NCBI GenBank assembly: GCA_016235455.1
Contig: JACRKZ010000120.1
Location: 1-37,107, forward strand
Direction of reading: 5' to 3'
Source of the DNA: Armatimonadota bacterium
Lineage (GTDB): Bacteria > Armatimonadota > UBA10988
Length of the DNA: 37,107 nucleotides
A model generated the notes under the pieces. It had not been told where the DNA came from. It saw only the letters and a list, made by a program, of their open reading frames with translations, and searched no databases. Of the stretch, positions 10,101-17,855 are shown one piece after another (the first letter of the stretch is position 1; the number at the start of each line of letters is the position of its first letter). Both the position numbers and the translations under genes were made by a program.

Positions 10101-10991
10101 CCCGCCGTGGCTCAGTACGCGTTCGATGGTGCCCGGCCAGTCGTTGGCCGGCTCGAAGCGCAGCATGGCCAGCGTGCCAGCCAGCGCCCCGGCCAGCGGC
10201 AACGGCGGCGGTGTCTCGCTGGTCGAACTCGTCAAGGCTGGCGCAGCCTGCACCTCGACGCCGGCCAGCAGCGCCCGTGCCGCGGCAGAGGGAACCTCGT
10301 CGACAGCGGCCAGTTCGCGTTCGAGCTGCTCGAACTGGCGTGTGGCGGCGGACACCTCGCCGGCCGCCAGGTACAGCGCCATGAGCCGCGTGTGACTGGC
10401 TTCGGCGCTGGGCTCATCGACCACCAGCCGCTGCGCGTAGGGCAGCGCGCGCGCCGTGTCACCGATGGCCATGAGACGGTCGACCAGTTCGCTGAGCGCC
10501 CACGACCGGCGGCCGGCGATGCGCAGCTGCTCGGGCAGCAGCCAGTCCTCCACGTAGCCGTCGAGGAGTTCGCCGAGGGCCAGATCGGCCGCCTGGCTGA
10601 GCAGCTCAATGCACTGGCCGGGCCGTTCGGCGGCTTGCGCCTCGGTCAGCAGCCGCTCAAACTCGACCAGATCGCAGCAGACGGTCTCGGCCCGCAGCAG
10701 AACGGTCAGGCGGTCGGCCACCAGCACGGAATCCTTGGGTGTACCGGGCGGTTCGAGCTGGCCACGTAGGCTGGATAGCGCCACACTAAGGCTATTGCGG
10801 GCGGCGGCCTCGTCGGAGTCGGGCCAGAGCAATTCGAGCAGGCGTGCGCGGGTGATCGCCCGGCCCAGGTTCAGGGCCAGCACGCCAAGAAGGGTGCCGG
10901 TCTTCTGCGTACGGAACCGTGTGATGACACGGTCTTCACCCGACACGCGCAAGCCGCCCAACAGCTCGATGCGCCAGAGCTTGCCCGCCAT
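7119..10991 (-). CDS. AfsR/SARP-type regulator: wHTH + BTAD + degenerate cyclase-like domain + STAND ATPase + TPR repeats
   Basis: N-terminal IELLGGLRV...LLELLWPD, BTAD region, Walker A GPGGTGKT, Walker B LILDNYE, LEGIPLAIELAA, and many 40-aa TPR-like repeats (NLGxxA..GD). Confidence 0.9.
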   Translation of the reverse strand: MAGKLWRIELLGGLRVSGEDRVITRFRTQKTGTLLGVLALNLGRAITRARLLELLWPDSDEAAARNSLSVALSSLRGQLEPPGTPKDSVLVADRLTVLLRAETVCCDLVEFERLLTEAQAAERPGQCIELLSQAADLALGELLDGYVEDWLLPEQLRIAGRRSWALSELVDRLMAIGDTARALPYAQRLVVDEPSAEASHTRLMALYLAAGEVSAATRQFEQLERELAAVDEVPSAAARALLAGVEVQAAPALTSSTSETPPPLPLAGALAGTLAMLRFEPANDWPGTIERVLSHGGHLTRPGAAVFGRTTDALDCALALVRSGGEPLGIALHTGEVGEEQDQGPLARVAEHLLLAGHPGQILCSEPAAALLRRDLQPGVWLVDLGLYRLAPGARPMRVSQVDATDLPEHSFPPLRAEAGQSGNLPHQITRFFGRAAELDRVEGLLLDDRARLVTLTGPGGTGKTRLALETGHRLLDPFGGSVWFVPLADVWDPELVHDTILASLGVARPPEREPLEALSQALAGHQSLLILDNYEQLVETGALAVHALLERIPTVSCLVSSRQRLTVAGEHEFAVPPLPTPHGTTEPELLSRCESVQLFVDRAQAVRPDFALTATNAPAVAELCARLEGIPLAIELAASRAQVLTPQQMLERLGKPLDLLVSRRRDTAERHRTLRAAVEWSYQLLDPELQAFYARVSVFAGGCSLEAVEAVCDNPLALDDLALLRESSLLVAEQVGEAVRYRCLETLRAYAAERLAAHGDEPVWQARHAAFFVDLAESMQTHLEAGEDPAVLARLEAERENFRRALDWCAEHDPCQGLRLAGALWRFWMVRGYWTEGRAAMTAALARAEDAPADLRARVLARAGHLAYRGGDYDGARAHLDACLALSRELDDLAGAGNALNELGKVAWGQGDYAAAREFYTESLAARRATGNRWGEAATLGNLGSVASAQCDFAAAGAWLRASLDLRTELGDRRGMAGSLANLGVVAFNTGRLDEAREHFEASLALRRETGDTGGVASSLSDLGALLLATGDLVAARARYAEALATQRELGDQRGIALTLNNLGIIAFEQGEWETARRLYREGYEAQTAIGNRRGEAMALLNLGDIAAAMGEVELAQTRYAEALERFDELGDTRAVLVARLNLADLAIATGHADRAEVAFRSLLAAARERGDEQLETAARKGLGEALLALGRAEEARPELVDALHWFTRYDDRRGVLACLDDLARAAAVEGQPDRAARYITASDQQRSHQGVPRRPCDERWVEPLRTAELRPIPPESIDAVLADCELVA

Positions 10992-11134
10992 GGTCGTTCA
11001 CGCCGCCCGGGAGCCCATGAGACTCCAATGACTCTATCGGCAGGGCGCTGCCGGACTTTACCAAGATGTCACGTACAATGGTCGGCCCCGGACGACAGAG
11101 CCGCTTCCTGGGACCGGCAATGGGAGGTAGCGCG

Positions 11135-11785
11135 ATGGTAGAGACCGAGGACCAAGGCAGAGTCACGACAGCGACGGCACTGACCCGCCTGAAGGAAGGC
11201 AATGCGCGGTTCGCCGCCGGTACCCCGGCGCACCCGCGCCAGGACCAGGCGCGCCGTGCCGCCGTGTTGGGTGAGCCCTTGCCGTTCGCGGCCGTGGTGA
11301 GTTGTTCAGACTCGCGGGTGCCCACGGAGATCGTCTTCGACCAGGGCATCGGCGACGTGTTCTGCGTGCGCACGGCGGGCCATGTCGTCGACGGCGCCGC
11401 CACTGGCTCGCTGGAACTGGCGGTCACGCTGTGGCGAGTGCCGTTGGTCGTGGTCCTGGGCCACACCGGCTGTGGCGCGATCCAGGCTACGCTGGAGCAC
11501 GTCCGCTCGCCCGGTCAGTTGCCAGGCAGTGTGAGCGCGGTGGTCTGGGCCATCTCGGATGTGGCGCGCCAGGCCGCCGCCAGCCTGACCGACGACCCGC
11601 TCGGCCTGGCGGTCGAACTCAACACGCGGGCCACGGTGGCCCGACTGTCCGAGTCACGTCCGATCCTGTCCGACGCCACAGCGAGCGGCGCGTTGGCCGT
11701 GGTGGGCGCGGTCTATGACCTGCGCACGGGCGTGGTACGCTGGTTGGAGAGCGCCGCGCCGACTCCCCGCGCGGGCGCTGTGTAG
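11135..11785 (+). CDS. Beta-class carbonic anhydrase
   Basis: LKEGNARF, Zn ligands CSDSRV and GHTGCGA, VRTAGH, GAVYDLRTG. ATG 11135 follows SD GGAGGT (the ORF track extends to 11066). Confidence 0.92.
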   Translation: MVETEDQGRVTTATALTRLKEGNARFAAGTPAHPRQDQARRAAVLGEPLPFAAVVSCSDSRVPTEIVFDQGIGDVFCVRTAGHVVDGAATGSLELAVTLWRVPLVVVLGHTGCGAIQATLEHVRSPGQLPGSVSAVVWAISDVARQAAASLTDDPLGLAVELNTRATVARLSESRPILSDATASGALAVVGAVYDLRTGVVRWLESAAPTPRAGAV

Positions 11786-11790
11786 GCTAT

Positions 11791-11810
11791 GTGACATGGC
11801 CATGTGTCAC
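11791..11810. promoter_or_regulatory. Palindromic operator-like site GTGACA-N8-TGTCAC upstream of the Clp-like gene
   Basis: Inverted repeat in a short intergenic gap, just downstream of a TAGGCT -10-like hexamer (11783-11788). It also contains the 12-bp palindrome ACATGGCCATGT. Confidence 0.35.
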
Positions 11811-11852
11811 CCCGGGCGCACAATGGGGAACTAGGATCTAGAGAGGCAGTGC

Positions 11853-14084
11853 ATGTCGAGCCAGTCACCCGAACTCAGCGACCTGACCCCGTGGGCGCGA
11901 CGCTTCGTGCAGTCGGTCCATAGCGTCTGGCTGCGCGAGCCGCCGGTGACCCTCGGGCTCAACCACTGGCTCAGCGAACTCGTCGCCCAGGCGCCGCGCC
12001 TGGCCGCCGCGCTGGTGCCCGAGGCGCCGCTGGCGGACCTGGCCGAACAGGCTCGTGCCGCCCTGGCTGCCGGCGAGGCCGGCGATCCGCTCGACGTGGG
12101 CCAGGTCATCACTGTCGCCGCCGAACTCGCGGAGGCCAAGGGGCAGGCCCTGGCTTCAGCGGAGTGCGTGGCCCGCGCCATCCTGACCGCCGCCGGTCTG
12201 CCCGCCGTGAGCGACCCGGCCGACCTGTCGACCATTTTGGCCGCCATGGGCGCCGCCGAGGCCGCGCCGCCCCGGCGCTGGGACGCCGAAGACGGCGACG
12301 AGGACGACCCGCGCCACGGTCTGGCGCACGAGGCCGGTAGCCGCAAGCGACGTGGCGGCACACTGGCCCAGTATGGCCACGACCTGACCGCCGCCGCCGC
12401 CGCGGGCCAACTGGCGCCCGTGCTCGGCCGCGAGAGCGAAGTGCAGATGGTCGTCGAGACCCTCTGCCGCCGCACCAAGCGCAACCCGGCGCTCATCGGC
12501 CCTGCGGGCGTGGGCAAGACCGCCATCGCCGAGGCCCTGGCCCAGCGCATCCATGCCGGCGACGTGCCGGCGATGCTGGCGGGCAAGCGTGTCATCGCCC
12601 TGCCGGCCAGTTCGCTGGTGGCCGGCGCGGGTGTGGTCGGCGAACTCGAGCAGCGCATGGAGAAGCTGCTCGAGGAGGCCAAGCGCCAGAACGCCATTCT
12701 CTTCATCGACGAGCTGCACACCATCGTCGGCGCCGGCTCGTCGAGCACGCACCGCTCGGGCGATGTGGCCAACATGCTCAAGCCGGGCCTGGCCCGCGGC
12801 GACTTTGCCTGCATCGCCGCCACCACCGACGACGAGTACCGCCAGTACATCGAGCCCGACAGCGCCCTGGAGCGCCGGTTCCAGCCGATCCGCATCAATG
12901 AGATGACGCCGGCCGAGACACTGGCCATCCTCGACAGCCTGGCCACCCAATTCCAGAAGACCCACGCGGTCACCGTCGACCGCACGCTGCTGAGCTGGCT
13001 CGTCGATTTCGCCGGCCGCTTCATGCACAATCGCTTCTTCCCCGACAAGGCCATAGACCTGCTGGAACAGTGCGTGGCCCACGCCACCGCCGCCGGCCAG
13101 ACCACCGTGGACCGCGCCGTGGCCGAGACCGTGGCGCAACGCATGGTGGGCATGCCGCTGGACCTCGATAACCGACTGCGCGACCTCGTCGCCCGACTGT
13201 CGCAACGCGCGCTGCTGACCGACCCCGAGGTCGATGCACTCTATCGCCGGCTGGCCGTGACGCTACGCGGGCTCGACATCCGCCCCAAGCGGCCCAACGC
13301 CGTGCTGCTCCTGCTGGCCGATGCCGCCGCCGCCTCGGAGAGCATCGCCTCGACCATCGCCGAGGCGCTCTACGGCGCGCCCGACCGGGTCGTGTCCATC
13401 GATCTCAGTTCGTATGTCGACCCCTCCCACGTCTCCATGCTGGTCGGCTCGGGGCCGGGCTACGTCGGCTACCAGGACACGCTGCCCTTGCATCGCGTGG
13501 CGCAGACGCCATGGTGCGTACTGCGCTTCGACCACATCGATGCCTGCCACCCGAGCGTGCGCGAGGTCATCCGCCAGGGCGTGTCCGACGGATTCCTGAC
13601 CCTCGGCGATGGCAAACGCCTCTATCTGAGCGACACGGTGGTGCAGATGACCGCCGCGCTGAGCCCCGAGGGCCGGCGCACCGCCGGCTTCCGCCACACG
13701 GCCGACTCCGACCTCGATGCCGCGCGCGCCCGCGGGCTGGCCACGCGCATGCTGGGCGAGGCATTGGTCGAAGAGGTCGACGTACTGGCCTTCAACGGCC
13801 CGCGCGGCCAGAACCAACGCCGCCGCTGGTTGCGGGAGCAGATCCTGCCCGAACTCACCCGCCGCTACCACGAACGCCGGCTCAACGTGGCCTGGGATGA
13901 CGGCGTACTCGACTGGCTGGTGAACAAGGGCCACACGGGCGATCTGCGTGACTGGGAGCGCCTGGTGGAGAACCAGGTCGCCCCCCTGCTCATCCCCTAC
14001 CTGCCGCAGGCCGACGAGGGCGAGGTCAGCCTGACCCTGGCCGTCGGTGCCGACGGCGATCCCAGCGTCGAGGTCGCCTCCTGA
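11853..14084 (+). CDS. ClpA/ClpC-family AAA+ protein with intact NBD1 and degenerate NBD2
   Basis: LCRRTKRNPALIGPAGVGKT, ILFIDELH, ALERRFQ, RFFPDKAIDL. NBD2 keeps PGYVGY but lacks Walker A and the Walker B glutamate. Confidence 0.88.
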   Translation: MSSQSPELSDLTPWARRFVQSVHSVWLREPPVTLGLNHWLSELVAQAPRLAAALVPEAPLADLAEQARAALAAGEAGDPLDVGQVITVAAELAEAKGQALASAECVARAILTAAGLPAVSDPADLSTILAAMGAAEAAPPRRWDAEDGDEDDPRHGLAHEAGSRKRRGGTLAQYGHDLTAAAAAGQLAPVLGRESEVQMVVETLCRRTKRNPALIGPAGVGKTAIAEALAQRIHAGDVPAMLAGKRVIALPASSLVAGAGVVGELEQRMEKLLEEAKRQNAILFIDELHTIVGAGSSSTHRSGDVANMLKPGLARGDFACIAATTDDEYRQYIEPDSALERRFQPIRINEMTPAETLAILDSLATQFQKTHAVTVDRTLLSWLVDFAGRFMHNRFFPDKAIDLLEQCVAHATAAGQTTVDRAVAETVAQRMVGMPLDLDNRLRDLVARLSQRALLTDPEVDALYRRLAVTLRGLDIRPKRPNAVLLLLADAAAASESIASTIAEALYGAPDRVVSIDLSSYVDPSHVSMLVGSGPGYVGYQDTLPLHRVAQTPWCVLRFDHIDACHPSVREVIRQGVSDGFLTLGDGKRLYLSDTVVQMTAALSPEGRRTAGFRHTADSDLDAARARGLATRMLGEALVEEVDVLAFNGPRGQNQRRRWLREQILPELTRRYHERRLNVAWDDGVLDWLVNKGHTGDLRDWERLVENQVAPLLIPYLPQADEGEVSLTLAVGADGDPSVEVAS

Positions 14085-14093
14085 GGCACCCGC

Positions 14094-14104
14094 TGTGCTA
14101 GGCT
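14094..14104 (+). promoter_or_regulatory. Putative extended -10 promoter of the cysteine synthase gene
   Basis: TGTG-C-TAGGCT, 23 bp upstream of the ATG; SD GAGGAG at about 14115. Confidence 0.4.
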
Positions 14105-14127
14105 AGTGTGCGCCGAGGAGTGCCACG

Positions 14128-15060
14128 ATGCCTGTTGGGTCGACTGCACCTGTGCTCGCGACCATTGGCCACACGCCGATGCTCCCGCTGCGGTTCGAAC
14201 CCGAAGGGCTGACCCTATGGGCCAAGGCGGAGTACCTGAACCCCAGCGGCAGCATCAAGGACCGGCTGGCCGCGGCGGTGGTGGCCGACGCCGAGGAACG
14301 CGGTCTGCTGCGGCCCGACAGCGTCATCCTCGAATGCACCAGCGGCAACACCGGTATCGCGCTGGCCATGGTCGGCGCGGCGCGGGGCTATGGGGTGACC
14401 ATCCTCATGTCCGAGGGCGCCAGCGCCGAACGGCGCTACCTGATGCGGCAACTCGGGGCCGAGGTCATCCTCTTTCAGTCTACCAACGGCTACCGCACGG
14501 GCATCGACCTGTCGCTGGCAATGGCTGAGCGCGACGACCGCTACTTCCTGCCGCGCCAGTTCGAGAACCCGCTCAACGCCGAAGACCACAAGCTGTCCAC
14601 CGGGCCGGAGATCCTGGCCCAGGTGCCCGGTCCCATCGCCGCGTTCGTGTCGGGCTACGGCACTGGCGGCACGCTGGCGGGCGTGGGCGCCGCCCTCAAG
14701 GCGGCCTGGCCCAGCGTGCGCATCGTCGCCATGGAGCCCAGCGAGGCGGCCATGCTGGCAGGCGAAATGCCTTGCTGCCACAGCATCGAGGGCATCGCGG
14801 GCGGGTTCGTGCCGCCTCTGCTGCGCCAGGCGCCGCTGGACGAGCACCTGGAGGTGTCCAGCGCCGACGCCCGCGCCATGGCCCAGCGCTTGAGCCGCGC
14901 CTACGGCCTGCTGGTAGGCACATCCAGCGGTGCCAACGTGTGCGCCGCGCTCCGCGTAGCGCGCGAGGTGGGCGGGGCCGGCGCCGTGGTCACCGTGCTG
15001 CCCGACCGGGCAGAGCGTTACTTCAGCACCGCGCTATTCGGCGCGGCCGGCATCGAGTAG
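14128..15060 (+). CDS. PLP-dependent cysteine synthase family protein (CysK/CysM-like)
   Basis: IGHTP, KAEYLNPSGSIKDR (PLP Lys), TSGNTG, QFENPLN, GTGGT, GTSSGAN, PDRAERYFST. Confidence 0.9.
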   Translation: MPVGSTAPVLATIGHTPMLPLRFEPEGLTLWAKAEYLNPSGSIKDRLAAAVVADAEERGLLRPDSVILECTSGNTGIALAMVGAARGYGVTILMSEGASAERRYLMRQLGAEVILFQSTNGYRTGIDLSLAMAERDDRYFLPRQFENPLNAEDHKLSTGPEILAQVPGPIAAFVSGYGTGGTLAGVGAALKAAWPSVRIVAMEPSEAAMLAGEMPCCHSIEGIAGGFVPPLLRQAPLDEHLEVSSADARAMAQRLSRAYGLLVGTSSGANVCAALRVAREVGGAGAVVTVLPDRAERYFSTALFGAAGIE

Positions 15061-17262
15061 TCGGCGTACGGCCTCGACCAGCGCCGTGGGGCTGAACGGT
15101 TTCTGCAGGAAACTGGTAGCCAGACCCGCCAGGTCCACCGCATCGGTGCTGGGCCGCACGTAGCCGGAGACGAAGACCACGGGGAAGTCGTGGCCGCGGC
15201 CAGCCAAGGTCCTGGCCAGTTCCGGCCCGCTGAGCCCCGGCATGACCACGTCGGTCACGAGCAGGTCGATGGGCAACTCGCTCTGCGCCACAAGCTCGAG
15301 CGCGGTTTCGGCGCAATCCGCGGTCAGCACCGTGTAGCCGTGGCGTCGCAAAGCTCGCCAGCAGAGCGCCCGGAGCCCCTCTTCGTCTTCCACCACCATC
15401 ACCGTCTCGGTGCCCGCAAGCGGACCCACCGGAACCACCGGAGCGTCCTCGTCGCCGCTCGCGCCGTCGATGCGGGGCAGCAGCACCCGGAAGGTGGTGC
15501 CTCGACCTGGCGCACTGTCGCACTCGATCACGCCGTGGTGCTGTGAGACGATGCTGAAGGCCGTGGCCAGTCCGAGGCCCGTACCCTCACCGACGCCGCG
15601 CGTGGTGAAGAACGGCTCAAAGATGCGTGTCTGCGTGGCGGCGTCCATGCCGACGCCGGTATCGCTCACCGTCACCTGCGCATAGGCGCCTGGCGAGAGC
15701 GCGGGTGTGGCTTGTGCCTGGGCGGCATCAACCACCGCCGGCCTGGTCATCACAGTCAGCTGCCCGCCCTCGGGCATCGCCGACTTGGCGTTGGCGACCA
15801 GGTTCATCAGCACCTGGTCGACTTGGCCGCGGTCGGCCCACACGTGCCCCGCGTCAGGCGCGAGGTCGACCGTCAGGCGCACATCCTCGCCAATGAGCCG
15901 GCGCACCATGGGTTCGATGTCGGTGACGACCGCGTTGAGGTCGACCACCCGCTGGTGCGTCACCTGCCGGCGGCCGAAGGCCAGCAACTGGCGCGTGAGT
16001 GACGCCGCGCGCTCGGCAGCCTTGAGGATCTCACCCATGTCCGCGCGCAGTTCGCTGTCTTCGTCGAGGCTCTCGTCAACGAACTCGGCGAAGCCCGTGA
16101 TGGCCGTGAGCAGGTTGTTGAAATCGTGCGCGACACCGCCGGCCAGACGGCCCACCGCCTCCATTTTGCCGGCCTGGAGCAGGCGCTCCTCCAGCCGCTC
16201 ACGGCGCACCTCGCCGCGATGCCGCTGGATGGCCAGCCCGTACAGCTCGGCGATCTGCACCAAGGCGTCGATATGCCGGTCGGTATACGGCTCCTCGCCG
16301 TCGGTGACGGCCACATGGCCCACCCGGTCGGCGCCCAGCCAGACCGGCGCCAGCAGCGCCTCGGCAGCACCCAGCGACAGAGGCGTCTCGGCCACCGCTG
16401 GCCGCCCTACCCAGACAGTCTCGCCGCCCAGGTCGACCGGCGGCGAAGGCACGCCATCGAGGCACAGCCGGCACTGTTCCGACGGCGATTCGCACACGCA
16501 GGCGGCGCGCATCTGCGGCGTGGCCGCGCGCAGATGACGGGTGCCATCGTCGGCCTGCTCGACCACCCCGCCGTGCCGTGACCGAGTCACCGCCAGAGCC
16601 GACTCCAGGGCCACGCGCGCCACCTCGTCCATGCTGAGGCTCGGCTCGCCGAGTGTCCGCGCGACCGCCGCCCAGGCCTGGTTGACCTGGAGCTCCCAGC
16701 GCATGGCTCGCTCGGCCACCTGGCGCTGCTCAATGGTCTGCGCCTGGGCCTCGATCAGCAGCGCTTGCCGCAGCAGCACCGTGACGATCGGCGCCACGCG
16801 CTGCTGGGCCGCCATCACGGCTCGCAGGAACGGGTCGGGTGACACATCGAGTGCGATCAGGCTGGCGAAGGGCTTGTCAGCCAGCCTCAGCGGCACGCAC
16901 ATGCAGGAGGCGTACCCGGCGTCGGCCAGCAGCGTGGGCACACGGCCTGTCGCGTCTTCGCTGGTCCACAGGGCGGCGCCGGTCAGGCCATGCCCCTGCG
17001 CCGCGACGGCGCGGAACCACGGCTCGGCGGCCACGGCGGCGCGGCGTATCGGTTCGCACCGGACCACATCATAGGCATCCGGCTCGGCGTCGGGCCGCCA
17101 GAGAACGAGCACCACCAGGCGCGCACCGGCCCACTGCCGCAGGTAGTGCGTGATGTAGTGCGTCGCCGAGGCGGGGTCATCGGCACGGCCGATGAGGCTG
17201 CCGACGATGTCGAGAGCCATCGCCACGGTCGCCGGGTCATGCTCACTGGCTGGCCGGATCAT
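15034..17262 (-). CDS. Soluble hybrid sensor histidine kinase (two GAF-like domains, HisKA, HATPase, receiver)
   Basis: H-box GGVAHDFNNLL, N-box QVLMNLVANA, DTGVGM, IFEPFFTT, GTGLGL; receiver VEDE / TDVVMP / QKPF; no transmembrane helices. Confidence 0.92.
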   Translation of the reverse strand: MIRPASEHDPATVAMALDIVGSLIGRADDPASATHYITHYLRQWAGARLVVLVLWRPDAEPDAYDVVRCEPIRRAAVAAEPWFRAVAAQGHGLTGAALWTSEDATGRVPTLLADAGYASCMCVPLRLADKPFASLIALDVSPDPFLRAVMAAQQRVAPIVTVLLRQALLIEAQAQTIEQRQVAERAMRWELQVNQAWAAVARTLGEPSLSMDEVARVALESALAVTRSRHGGVVEQADDGTRHLRAATPQMRAACVCESPSEQCRLCLDGVPSPPVDLGGETVWVGRPAVAETPLSLGAAEALLAPVWLGADRVGHVAVTDGEEPYTDRHIDALVQIAELYGLAIQRHRGEVRRERLEERLLQAGKMEAVGRLAGGVAHDFNNLLTAITGFAEFVDESLDEDSELRADMGEILKAAERAASLTRQLLAFGRRQVTHQRVVDLNAVVTDIEPMVRRLIGEDVRLTVDLAPDAGHVWADRGQVDQVLMNLVANAKSAMPEGGQLTVMTRPAVVDAAQAQATPALSPGAYAQVTVSDTGVGMDAATQTRIFEPFFTTRGVGEGTGLGLATAFSIVSQHHGVIECDSAPGRGTTFRVLLPRIDGASGDEDAPVVPVGPLAGTETVMVVEDEEGLRALCWRALRRHGYTVLTADCAETALELVAQSELPIDLLVTDVVMPGLSGPELARTLAGRGHDFPVVFVSGYVRPSTDAVDLAGLATSFLQKPFSPTALVEAVRRLLDAGRAE

Positions 17263-17855
17263 GGCCCCTCCAGCGCCGCCGACGCGGCGTCAAGCAGAAC
17301 CACGAACCGGTCGAGGGACACCTCCCTCACCTCGCAGGGCAGACCGAAATGCGCGGCGCAGTCCTGGATTTCCGCCAGAGGGGCGGCATCGGTGCCTGTG
17401 TCCAGGTAGACCAGAGCCCGGTGGCTGTCGCGGATCAACTCGGCCGTGAGGTCCACACCCAGTCCCGGGATATCGGCCAACACCTCGCGCCATCGTCGTG
17501 CCCACTCAGGAAGCAGTGCGCAGGCGTGCTCGCGGATGAGTTGCTGGTAGCCTTCGGGTCCGGCGAAGGCCTCGGCACAGTTCTCGCACGGCACCACATG
17601 CACGCGCGGGTCATGCTCGCCCGGATGCTCGCCCGCGCAGTCGCCAAACAGCACGACGACCCGCGCGCCTTCAGCCAGGGCGGACTTGACCTCGACGGCG
17701 ATGGCGGCGATGAGCCGCTCGGGGTGCATATGCAGCGCGGAATCCAGGTAGCGAACCGACCAAGCGCTGCCCGTGCGCGCGTGCCACCACTCCAGTTCGG
17801 GCTGGAAGGCCGAACAAGCGACACAGACCACGCGCGGGTCGCTGCTCAGCGGCAT
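17259..17855 (-). CDS. DUF1638-like Cys-rich protein
   Basis: The real start is ATG 17855, in a TAATG overlap with the upstream stop (the ORF track over-extends to 18332). Motifs VACSAF.PEL, YLDSALHMHPE, FGDC, CENC, LLPEWARRW, LVYLDTG. Confidence 0.75.
   Translation of the reverse strand: MPLSSDPRVVCVACSAFQPELEWWHARTGSAWSVRYLDSALHMHPERLIAAIAVEVKSALAEGARVVVLFGDCAGEHPGEHDPRVHVVPCENCAEAFAGPEGYQQLIREHACALLPEWARRWREVLADIPGLGVDLTAELIRDSHRALVYLDTGTDAAPLAEIQDCAAHFGLPCEVREVSLDRFVVLLDAASAALEGP

Noticed and set aside
7107-10769. 1220-aa plus-strand ORF, and similar long antisense ORFs (3863-5833, 2585-3814, 23947-25830, 31046-32254)
   Set aside because: Shadow frames of real genes on the opposite strand; stop codons are rare at this GC content and the translations have no motifs.
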